From: Vicinamibacteria bacterium
GTDB lineage: Bacteria; Acidobacteriota; Vicinamibacteria; Marinacidobacterales; Marinacidobacteraceae
Reading direction: 5' to 3'
Length of the DNA: 64,000 nucleotides
NCBI GenBank assembly: GCA_963422395.1
Contig: OY729431.1
Location: forward strand, 960,001 to 1,024,000
Made by a program: the position numbers and the translations under genes
Shown: positions 10,041-18,662 of the stretch, in pieces
Numbering within the stretch: the stretch's first letter is position 1
Layout of the letters: each line of letters starts with the position of its first letter
The notes under the pieces: generated by a model
Database searches by the model: none
Told to the model about the DNA's origin: nothing
The model's input: only the letters and a program-made list of their open reading frames with translations

Positions 10041-10254
10041 CAGCCTGTGGACAAAGTCACACGGCGTCGAGCGGCGATGCCCAGTTCTCCCGGTGGGGGC
10101 CCCGGCTGAACCGCGCCGTTTCACGGCGCTCATCGTTGCGTTTCGGTCGAAATACTCCCGGTATTCCTCCCTCACGCGCCTTGCCAGCCGGGCGCCGCCC
10201 CCACCGGGAGAACTGGACCGCTCTTTGGGCTTGCGCCACTTCATCCACAGGCTG
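10041..10254 (+). mobile_element. MITE copy 1 (214 bp)
   Basis: Ends CAGCCTGTGGACAAAGT...ACTTCATCCACAGGCTG, flanked by CTAG/CTAA; long internal inverted repeat ccagttctcccggtgggggc / gcccccaccgggagaactgg. Confidence 0.85.
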
Positions 10255-12207
10255 CTAATCGGCGGCGAGCACTTCTTGCACCGCGCGATGGGCCTCGCGG
10301 ATCGCGGCGTCGGTGTGGGGGCTGCCCGCGGAGTCCGCATTCGCGATCGCGATCCGCCCGAAGGGGCGGCGGGCGGTGACCACCGGGCGCTCGCCGCCCG
10401 CCTCGAAGGCCCATTCGGGTGGGTCGAAGAGCGGGTTGTAAGAGTAGGTGTACCCGTGGGGCCAGCGGTTCACGGTGATCGCGGCGATGTCGCGGCCGGC
10501 GTCGAAGCCGGCGCTCCCCAACATCCGGTCGAGCTGATCGCGGATCCGCTCTTCCACCGCCTCGAAGGTGGTGTGGAGCAGTTCCATCCGGCCGATCCGG
10601 TGCTGTTCGCGCCGGGAGAGTCCGGCTTCGCCGGGGTAGCGATTCATCCGGAGCACGAGCGGCTCGTCCGGCGAGATGGAGGTGCGGTACTCCCCGAGAG
10701 CGAGCTGCGGCGCGAGGGATACGGCGCTGTGGTAGCCCCCCGGGGCGGCGATCGCGGAGACGCCGGCTTCCGGGAAGGCCCGCCAGTTGCGGAGCAGCAC
10801 GCTCGTGTACTGGAGCGGAGACTTCTCGGCCCAGGCGAGCGCGTCTTTCTGCGCCTGCGGCAGTTCGGGGATGAGGAAGGGAACGATGTTGTGCCAGCAG
10901 GCGAGGATCACCCGCTCGGTGCGGACCGCCGATGCCGCTTCGCCGCTCACGAAGTGCACGCGCGCGGGGCCGCCGTTTCCGCCCCCGCCCCGGGGTTCGA
11001 CCCGGATCACCGTCGAGGAGAGCCGGATCCGCACCGGGGCGTCGGGGCGGTCCAGCTTCCGGTAGTCCACCGGGGCCATCACCACATCCTCCATGCTGCT
11101 TCCCGGCACGGCGTCGGGAACGAGCCGTCTCACCAGGAGGCGGGTGATCGTGGCGTTGCCGTCGGGGAAGTAGAGGTCGGGGTCTCCGGCATCCGCCCGC
11201 GTCTGGTTCTCGCGCCCGTGCTGGCCGCCGGGCTCGTCCGAGAGCGCGTCCGGCGGCGTCTCGGGGATCTCCATCCCCGAAAATCCCGGCCAGCCCTCTT
11301 CCCAGGCATAGCGGGCGGGGTAGGCGTCGATGCCGGTGCAGAAGGTGCTCCGGGGCCGGTGGTCGAAGAACCAGACCACTCCGGGGCCGCACTGCACATG
11401 ACGGAGCAGGAAGTCCCGGTAGCTGATGGTGGCGAGGAATGCTTTCTTCTCGGCCGGGGAGAGGTCGGGCAGGTAGTCCGGCTGGTCCTCGGCGTGGAGT
11501 CGGATCAGGTCGCGGCGGACGGCTTCCGGCATCGGCGAATCGGCGAGGAACTCGTGGAGTGGGCGGCTCCCGAGCCCGGCGACCAGGCGGTCCTCGCCGA
11601 AGGTCTCGCGGTCGAAGAACATGCCCCGCCGGAGGCCCAGGTCCCGGTAGGTTCCCGCGACCGGGCGCACGCTCTCGTAGTAGCGCTTCCGATCGATGCC
11701 GAGCTCGCGCAGCAGCCCGCCGGCGATTGCGCCGTACTGCGACGGGGCTTCCACATTCAGGGTTCCGCCGTTCATCAGGTAGGTCCGGCCGTCGAGATGG
11801 AATTCGTTGCGCTTCGCGTGTCCGCCGAAGTCGTCGTGGTTGTCCAGCAGCAGGATGCGGGCGCCGGGGCCGGCCTCCTGCCGGAAGAAGTGGGCGGCGG
11901 CCAGCCCGGAGATCCCGGCGCCCACGACCACGAGGTCGTAGGACTCGCCGGTGTCGGCCGCGGTCCAGGTCCGGCCTTCGCGCGCGAGGGCGTGCGCCGC
12001 CTCGAAGGAGCCCGGGTGCGCCCCGCGCATCCCGGTGCGGAGCGGGGGATAGGGAAGCGCTCCTTCCTTTGCGATCGCCGCGCGGAACTCCGGAACCTCC
12101 TGGCAGCCGAGTGCTGCTCCGGTGAGCGCGATGGAAACGCCGGAAAGGAAATCGCGGCGGCTCACGCCGTCCGCCGGGGCGTCGTGTTTCGGATGGATCG
12201 GGGCCAT
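10255..12207 (-). CDS. Tat-exported FAD-dependent oxidoreductase (spermidine dehydrogenase SpdH-like)
   Basis: SRRDFL Tat motif, YPPLRTGMRGAHPGSFE, VVGAGISGL, DNHDDFGGHAKRNEF, FPDGNA, TVNRWPHGY; AGGAG RBS. Confidence 0.8.
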   Translation of the reverse strand: MAPIHPKHDAPADGVSRRDFLSGVSIALTGAALGCQEVPEFRAAIAKEGALPYPPLRTGMRGAHPGSFEAAHALAREGRTWTAADTGESYDLVVVGAGISGLAAAHFFRQEAGPGARILLLDNHDDFGGHAKRNEFHLDGRTYLMNGGTLNVEAPSQYGAIAGGLLRELGIDRKRYYESVRPVAGTYRDLGLRRGMFFDRETFGEDRLVAGLGSRPLHEFLADSPMPEAVRRDLIRLHAEDQPDYLPDLSPAEKKAFLATISYRDFLLRHVQCGPGVVWFFDHRPRSTFCTGIDAYPARYAWEEGWPGFSGMEIPETPPDALSDEPGGQHGRENQTRADAGDPDLYFPDGNATITRLLVRRLVPDAVPGSSMEDVVMAPVDYRKLDRPDAPVRIRLSSTVIRVEPRGGGGNGGPARVHFVSGEAASAVRTERVILACWHNIVPFLIPELPQAQKDALAWAEKSPLQYTSVLLRNWRAFPEAGVSAIAAPGGYHSAVSLAPQLALGEYRTSISPDEPLVLRMNRYPGEAGLSRREQHRIGRMELLHTTFEAVEERIRDQLDRMLGSAGFDAGRDIAAITVNRWPHGYTYSYNPLFDPPEWAFEAGGERPVVTARRPFGRIAIANADSAGSPHTDAAIREAHRAVQEVLAAD

Positions 12208-12276
12208 GGCGCAGACTCCTGGGGTGTGGCGGACGGCGGTCGCTTGTACCACACTCCCGCTGGGGTAGACGGCTCG

Positions 12277-12678
12277 ATGGGGAAGGACGGCTCGACAGAG
12301 AAGGACGACTTCGCCGGGGCCACCGGCAAGTTCGCCCGGGTCCAGGCGCTGGTCTGCAGGATTCCGCCCGGCCGGGTGAGCACCTACGGCCGGCTCGCGC
12401 GCGCGGTCACCGCCGCCGGCTATCCGCTCTCGGCGCGCGCGGCGGGCTGGGCGCTTCGGCATTGTTCGCCCGAGGTTCCCTGGCACCGGGTGGTGAACGC
12501 CGCGGGAGAGCTCTCGGCGGAAATCCGGGGGAGCTGTCCGCTCGGGTGGCAGCGGGCGCTGCTCGAACGCGAGGGAGCGCCGTTCGACGCCGCCGGCCGC
12601 GTGCAGCTCGACCGCTGTCTGTGGGAGCCTTCGGAAACCGACGCCTTCCTCTTTCCGCAGGCGGCGGAGAATCCGTGA
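12277..12678 (+). CDS. Alkyltransferase-like (ATL, MGMT-family) DNA-binding protein
   Basis: IPPGRVSTYG and PWHRVVN (Trp replaces the catalytic Cys), QRALLEREG. Confidence 0.85.
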   Translation: MGKDGSTEKDDFAGATGKFARVQALVCRIPPGRVSTYGRLARAVTAAGYPLSARAAGWALRHCSPEVPWHRVVNAAGELSAEIRGSCPLGWQRALLEREGAPFDAAGRVQLDRCLWEPSETDAFLFPQAAENP

Positions 12679-13442
12679 TGTACCGGGGTTCGAGGGTCGG
12701 CGTCGTCGTCCCGGCGCGGGACGAAGAGCCGAACATCGGTGCGGTGGTGGAGGAGCTGCTCCAGCTCCGGGGTGACGGCGGCGGGCGGCTGGTGGACGAT
12801 TTCGTGGTGTGCGACAACGGATCTCGCGACGGCACCGGGGACCGGGCAGAGAAGGCGGGGGCGCGCGTGGTGTTCGAGTCGGAACCCGGCTACGGCGCCG
12901 CCTGTCTGAAGGCGGTCTCGGCGCTCGCGCCGGTGGATGTGGTGCTCTTCACCGACGGCGATGGATCGTTCCGGGCCGCGCAATCCATCCGTCTGTTCGA
13001 CGCGATCGCCGCCGGAGCAGATCTCGCCGTGGGGTCCCGTGCGCTGGGGACCTCCGAGCCGGGGGCGCTCTCCTGGCCGCAGCGGGCCGGAAACCGAGTG
13101 GCCGCCCTGCTGATTCGAGGCCTCTGGCGGCGAGTCGTGACCGATCTCGGCCCCTACCGCGCCATCCGCTCCGACGCGCTGCAACGCCTCGGAATGCGCA
13201 ACCGGGCCTACGGATGGACCGTCGAGATGCAGATCCTGGCGATCCGGCACCGCCTTCGGCTGGTAGAGGCGCCGGTGGACACCCGCAGGCGCCGCCGCGG
13301 CCGGTCGAAAGTGGGAGGAACGGTTCGCGGCGTGATCGGCGCGAGTCTCGGGATCCTGGGTACCATCGCCCGGCTTCGGATTCGGAAAAGCTGCCCTGGA
13401 CTCGGGCGTGCTGGTCGGGAGCGAGGAGGCGGCGAACGATGA
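12678..13442 (+). CDS. Glycosyltransferase family 2
   Basis: VVVPARDEE, DNGSRDGT, GYGAAC, DGDGS DxD motif; start overlaps upstream stop (TGATG). Confidence 0.9.
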   Translation: MYRGSRVGVVVPARDEEPNIGAVVEELLQLRGDGGGRLVDDFVVCDNGSRDGTGDRAEKAGARVVFESEPGYGAACLKAVSALAPVDVVLFTDGDGSFRAAQSIRLFDAIAAGADLAVGSRALGTSEPGALSWPQRAGNRVAALLIRGLWRRVVTDLGPYRAIRSDALQRLGMRNRAYGWTVEMQILAIRHRLRLVEAPVDTRRRRRGRSKVGGTVRGVIGASLGILGTIARLRIRKSCPGLGRAGRERGGGER

Positions 13443-14275
13443 CCGGCAACCCGTCCCTCCGGTGCGCCGTCTTCTGGTTCTGGGCGCTCGCCGGGATCTC
13501 CTGCGTTGCACCGCGGCCGGCCGCGGATCTTTTCTGGGCGGCGTACGACGAGGGAAATCCGGATTCGATGGACCACGCCGCCTGGCAGGCGATCCTCGAC
13601 GGCTACTTGCGCACCGAAGACCCCTCCGGCATCCACCGGTTCGACTACGCGGCGCTCCTGGCGAACGCCGCGGACCGCGAGCGGCTGGTGTCGTATCTGG
13701 CCTACCTCCAGGAACGAGATCCCCGACGCTACTCCCGGGGCGAACAGATGGCGTACTGGATCAACCTCTACAACGCCCTCACGATCGAGATCGTGCTCGG
13801 CAGCTACCCGGTGGAGTCCATCCGGCACATCCACGAGGGCATCGTGCCCCTCGCGGGTCCCTGGGACGATGTCCACGCGCGGGTGGCGGGGCAGGAGCTG
13901 ACGCTGAACGACATCGAGCACGGCGTCCTGCGCGCTCTCTGGCGGGACCCCCGCATCCACTACGCGGTGAATTGTGCAAGCCTCGGCTGCCCCAACCTGG
14001 CCTCCCGGGCTTTCACGGCGGAAAACCTCGAAGCGCTGCTCGAAGCGGGGGCGAGGATGTACATCAACCATCCCCGCGGGGTGGAAGTGCGGGACGAGTC
14101 CGATGCGGTGGTTTCGAGCCTCTACGACTGGTTCCGCGAGGATTTCGGCGAGACCGAGGCCGACGTGGTAGCCCACTTGCTCCGCTATGCGGAACCGGAA
14201 CTCGCGGTGGAACTCGAAGGCTTCGACGGCGAATTGAGTTATGCGTACGACTGGCGCCTCAACGCTCCCCGGTAA
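13439..14275 (+). CDS. DUF547 domain-containing protein
   Basis: AYWINLYNA, TLNDIEH, DPRIHYAVNCASLGCP, YDWRLN. Confidence 0.9.
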   Translation: MTGNPSLRCAVFWFWALAGISCVAPRPAADLFWAAYDEGNPDSMDHAAWQAILDGYLRTEDPSGIHRFDYAALLANAADRERLVSYLAYLQERDPRRYSRGEQMAYWINLYNALTIEIVLGSYPVESIRHIHEGIVPLAGPWDDVHARVAGQELTLNDIEHGVLRALWRDPRIHYAVNCASLGCPNLASRAFTAENLEALLEAGARMYINHPRGVEVRDESDAVVSSLYDWFREDFGETEADVVAHLLRYAEPELAVELEGFDGELSYAYDWRLNAPR

Positions 14276-14357
14276 CGGCGCGGACGCGCCTCGCCCCCGG
14301 GGGGAATCTCCGGCCGAACCTCGAAATCGGGTTTTCCCGGGGAATCGGGATTCTCCG

Positions 14358-15017
14358 GTGCATCGCTGGGATGTTTCTCCGGGGGAAGCGGCCGCCATCC
14401 AGCGCGAGCTCGCCGGACGGGTCTCCTCGAGCGCGCCCGCCGGGTTCGATCCCGCGGTGGTCGTCGGGCTCGATGCCGCTTTCCCGCGGGGCGGCCGGGA
14501 TTGCGTCGCCGCCGCTGTCGCCTGGAATGTCGGGGAGCGCCGGGTGCTCGAGGAGCGCGTGGTCCGCCGGCCGCTCTCCTTCCCCTATGTTCCCGGACTC
14601 CTCTCCTTTCGAGAGGCACCGGCGGTGCTGGCCGCTTTTTTCGAGCTGACCACGAGAGTCGAAGCACTCCTCTGCGACGGACACGGGCTCGCCCACCCGC
14701 GCCGCTTCGGCCTGGCCTGCCACCTCGGGGTACTCACCGGGATCCCGGCGGTGGGATGCGCCAAGAGTGTTCTGGTGGGGGAGTACGACGAGCCGGGTCC
14801 CGCGCACGGTGCCAGAACGGCCCTCACGCACCGCGGCGAGCGGGTCGGCACGGCGCTCCGCACCCGCGACCGAGTGCGGCCGGTGTTCGTCAGCGTCGGC
14901 CATCTCCTGGACCTCACGGCCGCCGAGCGCCTCGTGCTCGGCTGCGCCATCGGTTTTCGTCTTCCGGAACCCGTCCGCCGCGCCGACGCGCTCGTGAGCC
15001 GGGCCCGGCAATTCTGA
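14358..15017 (+). CDS. nfi: Endonuclease V
   Basis: FPYVPGLLSFRE, DGHGLAHPRRFGLACHLG, PVFVSVGH, RLPEP..AD. Confidence 0.95.
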   Translation: MHRWDVSPGEAAAIQRELAGRVSSSAPAGFDPAVVVGLDAAFPRGGRDCVAAAVAWNVGERRVLEERVVRRPLSFPYVPGLLSFREAPAVLAAFFELTTRVEALLCDGHGLAHPRRFGLACHLGVLTGIPAVGCAKSVLVGEYDEPGPAHGARTALTHRGERVGTALRTRDRVRPVFVSVGHLLDLTAAERLVLGCAIGFRLPEPVRRADALVSRARQF

Positions 15018-15054
15018 TCTCCGCTCGTCCGTCCCCTTCCGGGGGCGCGGCGAA

Positions 15055-16218
15055 TCAGGAGTAGAGCAGCGAGGACGCCCGCAGCCGGTCGAAACCGCCC
15101 CGCGCCGCCTCGCCGGCGTCGGCGAGGTCCGCGGCGGTGCGGCCCGCCTCGATGCCCTCGCGTAGCTCGGGGCTCCCGGCGAGGATGTCGATCGGGAGCC
15201 GTTCTCTCTCGTATTCGTAGGGCGGGGGCCGCCAGCGGAATTCGTCGGGCCAAAGACGGTGCAAGTGGTGCAGGATCGCGATTCCCGTCCGCCAGGGCAG
15301 GTAGGCGCGGCGGTCCGTCACATGCTGCATGACCCCGCCGCATTCCTCGCCGGCGAACTTGTGGAAGGTGGGCCGGAACCGTACCGGACGGAAGCGGACT
15401 CCGGGGAGCTCCTCCTCTCGGAGCGCGGCAGCGAGGCGGCTTCCCCCGACCCAGGGGGCGCCGCAGAGCTCGAAAGGGCGCGTGGTGCCCCTCCCTTCGG
15501 AGAGGTTCGTCCCTTCGAGGAGACAGGCGCCCGGATAGACGGCGGCGGTGTCCAGGGTCGGCATGTTCGGGGACGGCGGCACGAAAGCCAGCCCGGTCTC
15601 GTCGAGCCACTGCTCCCGCCGCCAGCCCTGGCAGCCGAGGATCACCAGGTCGGCACCGATCCGGTGGCGGCGGTTCAGGAAACCGGCGATCTCGCCGGCG
15701 GTCATTCCGTGCCGATTCGGCAGCGGATAGAGGCCCACGAAGGAGCGGTGGTCGTCCCGGATCAGGTTGCCCTCGACGGCGCCGCCGATCGGGTTGGGGC
15801 GGTCGAGCACCACGATGCGCTTCCCGTGCTCGGCGGCCGCCTCCATCGCATGGGCCATCGTCCAGACATAGGTGTAGTAGCGCGCCCCGATGTCCTGGAT
15901 GTCGAAGACGAGCGCATCCAGCCCTTCGAGCATCGCCGCCGTCGGGCGCCGGACGGGGCCGTAGAGGCTGAACCGGGGGACTTCGTCCGCCCCGTCGGGA
16001 ATCTCCACCAGGTCCTGCTCCACCGCGTCGAAGCCGTGCTCGGGTGCGAAGAGCGCCGCCAGCCGAACCCCGGGAAGGCCGGCGACGACCTCCCGCGCGT
16101 GGCGAAAGCCGGTGTCCACCGAGGAGGGGTTCGCGATCAGCCCGACCCGAAGCCCCGAAAGCAGCTCTCCGGCCTCCGGCAGCCGATCGAGCCCAGTGCG
16201 CACTCGCTGTCTGCTCAT
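15055..16218 (-). CDS. DUF1343 / NamZ-like exo-beta-N-acetylmuramidase
   Basis: FAPEHG, FDIQDIGARYYTY, LDRPNPIGG, RHGMTAGE, PPSPNMP, SEGRGTTRPFE. Confidence 0.9.
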   Translation of the reverse strand: MSRQRVRTGLDRLPEAGELLSGLRVGLIANPSSVDTGFRHAREVVAGLPGVRLAALFAPEHGFDAVEQDLVEIPDGADEVPRFSLYGPVRRPTAAMLEGLDALVFDIQDIGARYYTYVWTMAHAMEAAAEHGKRIVVLDRPNPIGGAVEGNLIRDDHRSFVGLYPLPNRHGMTAGEIAGFLNRRHRIGADLVILGCQGWRREQWLDETGLAFVPPSPNMPTLDTAAVYPGACLLEGTNLSEGRGTTRPFELCGAPWVGGSRLAAALREEELPGVRFRPVRFRPTFHKFAGEECGGVMQHVTDRRAYLPWRTGIAILHHLHRLWPDEFRWRPPPYEYERERLPIDILAGSPELREGIEAGRTAADLADAGEAARGGFDRLRASSLLYS

Positions 16219-16348
16219 GGCGGAAAGACTACGGATTCGGACCGCTCCCGGTTCGGGGCCATCCGGTCGGCCGGCTTCTCCGCCGATGGGATACTTCGGC
16301 GTCTGGCGGCGCTGTCGCCGAGCCCGCCTGCCAGGGAGGTCTGCCCCG

Positions 16349-18421
16349 ATGATCCGTTTCCTCTTCTCGTTCGCTGTTTCCATCGTTTTCGCCGCACCGG
16401 CGGCCTGGTCCACCGCGGCCCGCGGGGGGGGCCGCGAAGAGACTCGCTGGACGCCTGCGCTCTCCATGGAATACCACCGGGTGTCCTCGGTGGCGATCTC
16501 GCCGGACGGCGAGCTCGTCGCCTTCGGGCGAACCGTTCCGCTGATGGAAGGCGAGCAGTCCGAGTACCGGACCCAGATCCAGGTGGTCCCGGCGGCGGGC
16601 GGCGAGACGGTCGCCTACACCACGGGAGAGGAATCGGCGACGGCGCCGGCCTTTTCGCCGGACGGCCGCTATCTCGGCTTCCTGCGGGCGGGGCCGGAGA
16701 AGCCCCAGGTGTGGCTCTTGCCGCTCGGCGGGGGTGAGGCGTTCCCGATCACCCACGCCGAGGACGGAGCGCGTTCCTTCGGTTTCTCGCCCGACGGGCG
16801 GAGCGTGGCGTATCTGACGAACGATCCCGAGACCGAGGAAGAGAAGCAGCGGAAGAAGGAGAAGCGGGATGTCGAGCTCGTGGATCGGAATTTCCACTAC
16901 ACCCATCTGCATGTCGCGCTCGTGACCGACCGCCCCGACCCGGACGGCGAAGACCGGCGGCTCACCCGAGGGGACTTCCAGGTGACCGGCTGGGACTGGT
17001 CGAGCAGCGACCGGATCGTCTTCGCCCATCAGGAAGATCCCCGTATCAACACGAGCCGCCGCTCCGGCGACCTCTCGGTGGTCCATCTCGCCGACGGTGC
17101 GGTCCGACTGCTCCACGGGGGCGCCGGGGTCGAAAGCCAGCCCCGCGTCTCTCCGGACGGTCAGACGGTGGCGTTTCGCTCCACGGGCGACCGGCCGGAG
17201 CCGATCGGGCTCGGCGATGTCTATCTCATCCCGGTGATGGGCGGCGAACGGGTGCGTCTCGCGGAAACGCCGGACCGAAACCCGGCGATCCTCGGCTGGT
17301 CGCGCGACGGGTCGCTGGTCTATGCGGCGGAAGCCGAGCGCACTACGCGGCGGCTGTTCGCGCTCCCCCGGGGCGGCGGGGCTCCCTTCGCGCTGACTCC
17401 GGGCGAGGGGGTGTTCCGCTCTCCGGCGGTCGCCGCCGCCGCGGATGTCATGGCGTTCGTCCACGAAACGCCGGAGACCCCCTGGGAAGTGTTCGCTGCC
17501 GGCCTCGGCGAAGGCGGCGGGATGCTCGACTCCTTCGAGCCGCGCCGGCTCACCGACCTCCACGCAGGGGTCGCCCGACCGGAGCTGGGCAGGACCAGCG
17601 TGCTCTCCTGGAGATCGCCCGACGGAACTCCGGTGGAAGGGCTGCTCACCCTCCCGGTCGGCTACCGGGAAGGCCGCCGCTACCCGCTCATCCTGAACAT
17701 CCACGGCGGCCCCGCCGGGGTGTATTCGGAGACCTTCACCGGGGGACCGGGTATCTACCTGCTGCAGTATTTCGCCCAGGAGGGATTCGCCGTCCTGCGG
17801 GGGAATCCGCGGGGTTCCACCGGCTACGGCAAGGAGTTCCGCTACGCCAACTTCCAGGATTGGGGTTTCGGCGATTTCGACGACCTCCTGGCCGGAGTGG
17901 ATCGGGTCATCGAGCAGGGGGTGGCCGATCCCGCCCGGCTCTTCATCATGGGCTGGAGCTACGGCGGCTACCTGACCTCCTTCGCGGTCACCCGGACCGA
18001 CCGTTTCGCGGCCGCCAGCATGGGCGCCGGGCTCCCGAATCTCATCAGCATGGTGACCACCACCGACATCCAGGACTACCTCGCGGGCCACATGGGGGGT
18101 GACTTCTGGGAGGACTACGAGGTGTACGAGGCGCATTCGGCGATCTACCGGATCGCCGAAGTCTCGACCCCGACGCAGGTGATCCACGGCGCCGAGGATC
18201 TGCGGGTGCCTCTCACCCAGGGGCAGGAGTTCTACCGGGCGCTCGACCGGCGCGGAGTGCCGACGGAGATGATCGTGTATCCCCGGACGCCGCACGGACC
18301 GCGGGAGCCCAAGTTCCTGATGGATGTCTCCGACCGGATCCTGACCTGGTTCCGCCGGCATCAGCCCGACGGCGCGCCCGCCGCGCCGGAAAATGGCCCC
18401 ATTCGGGGCCGCCGCCGATAG
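16349..18421 (+). CDS. S9 family (prolyl oligopeptidase-like) peptidase with beta-propeller
   Basis: Signal peptide, SPDG repeats, IHGGP, GWSYGG, HGAEDLRVP, YPRTPH (intact triad); GGAGG RBS. Confidence 0.9.
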   Translation: MIRFLFSFAVSIVFAAPAAWSTAARGGGREETRWTPALSMEYHRVSSVAISPDGELVAFGRTVPLMEGEQSEYRTQIQVVPAAGGETVAYTTGEESATAPAFSPDGRYLGFLRAGPEKPQVWLLPLGGGEAFPITHAEDGARSFGFSPDGRSVAYLTNDPETEEEKQRKKEKRDVELVDRNFHYTHLHVALVTDRPDPDGEDRRLTRGDFQVTGWDWSSSDRIVFAHQEDPRINTSRRSGDLSVVHLADGAVRLLHGGAGVESQPRVSPDGQTVAFRSTGDRPEPIGLGDVYLIPVMGGERVRLAETPDRNPAILGWSRDGSLVYAAEAERTTRRLFALPRGGGAPFALTPGEGVFRSPAVAAAADVMAFVHETPETPWEVFAAGLGEGGGMLDSFEPRRLTDLHAGVARPELGRTSVLSWRSPDGTPVEGLLTLPVGYREGRRYPLILNIHGGPAGVYSETFTGGPGIYLLQYFAQEGFAVLRGNPRGSTGYGKEFRYANFQDWGFGDFDDLLAGVDRVIEQGVADPARLFIMGWSYGGYLTSFAVTRTDRFAAASMGAGLPNLISMVTTTDIQDYLAGHMGGDFWEDYEVYEAHSAIYRIAEVSTPTQVIHGAEDLRVPLTQGQEFYRALDRRGVPTEMIVYPRTPHGPREPKFLMDVSDRILTWFRRHQPDGAPAAPENGPIRGRRR

Positions 18422-18662
18422 CACAGCAGCCTGTGGAACCCGAGCCGAGATCCTGAAGGAATCCTTCAGGGAGCAAGAGAGGCCGCGCGGGTGCCTCTCC
18501 CTGAACGCCTCATCGCAGGAGTCCGTCTCCCCCAGTCCAGTGTCCAGATAGATCGGAGAGCGAGAGAGTCGCTGCCTCGTGAAGGGGATCCCCCTTCCCC
18601 GGCAGCGGTTTGCGAACCTGGAGCGCGGTAGATTCCCCCGCACGCAAGGGACGGACTCCAAG

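Noticed and set aside
9946-12276. 910-aa ORF as an N-terminal extension of the ATL gene
   Set aside because: Antisense to the oxidoreductase; only 12277-12678 looks like a real protein
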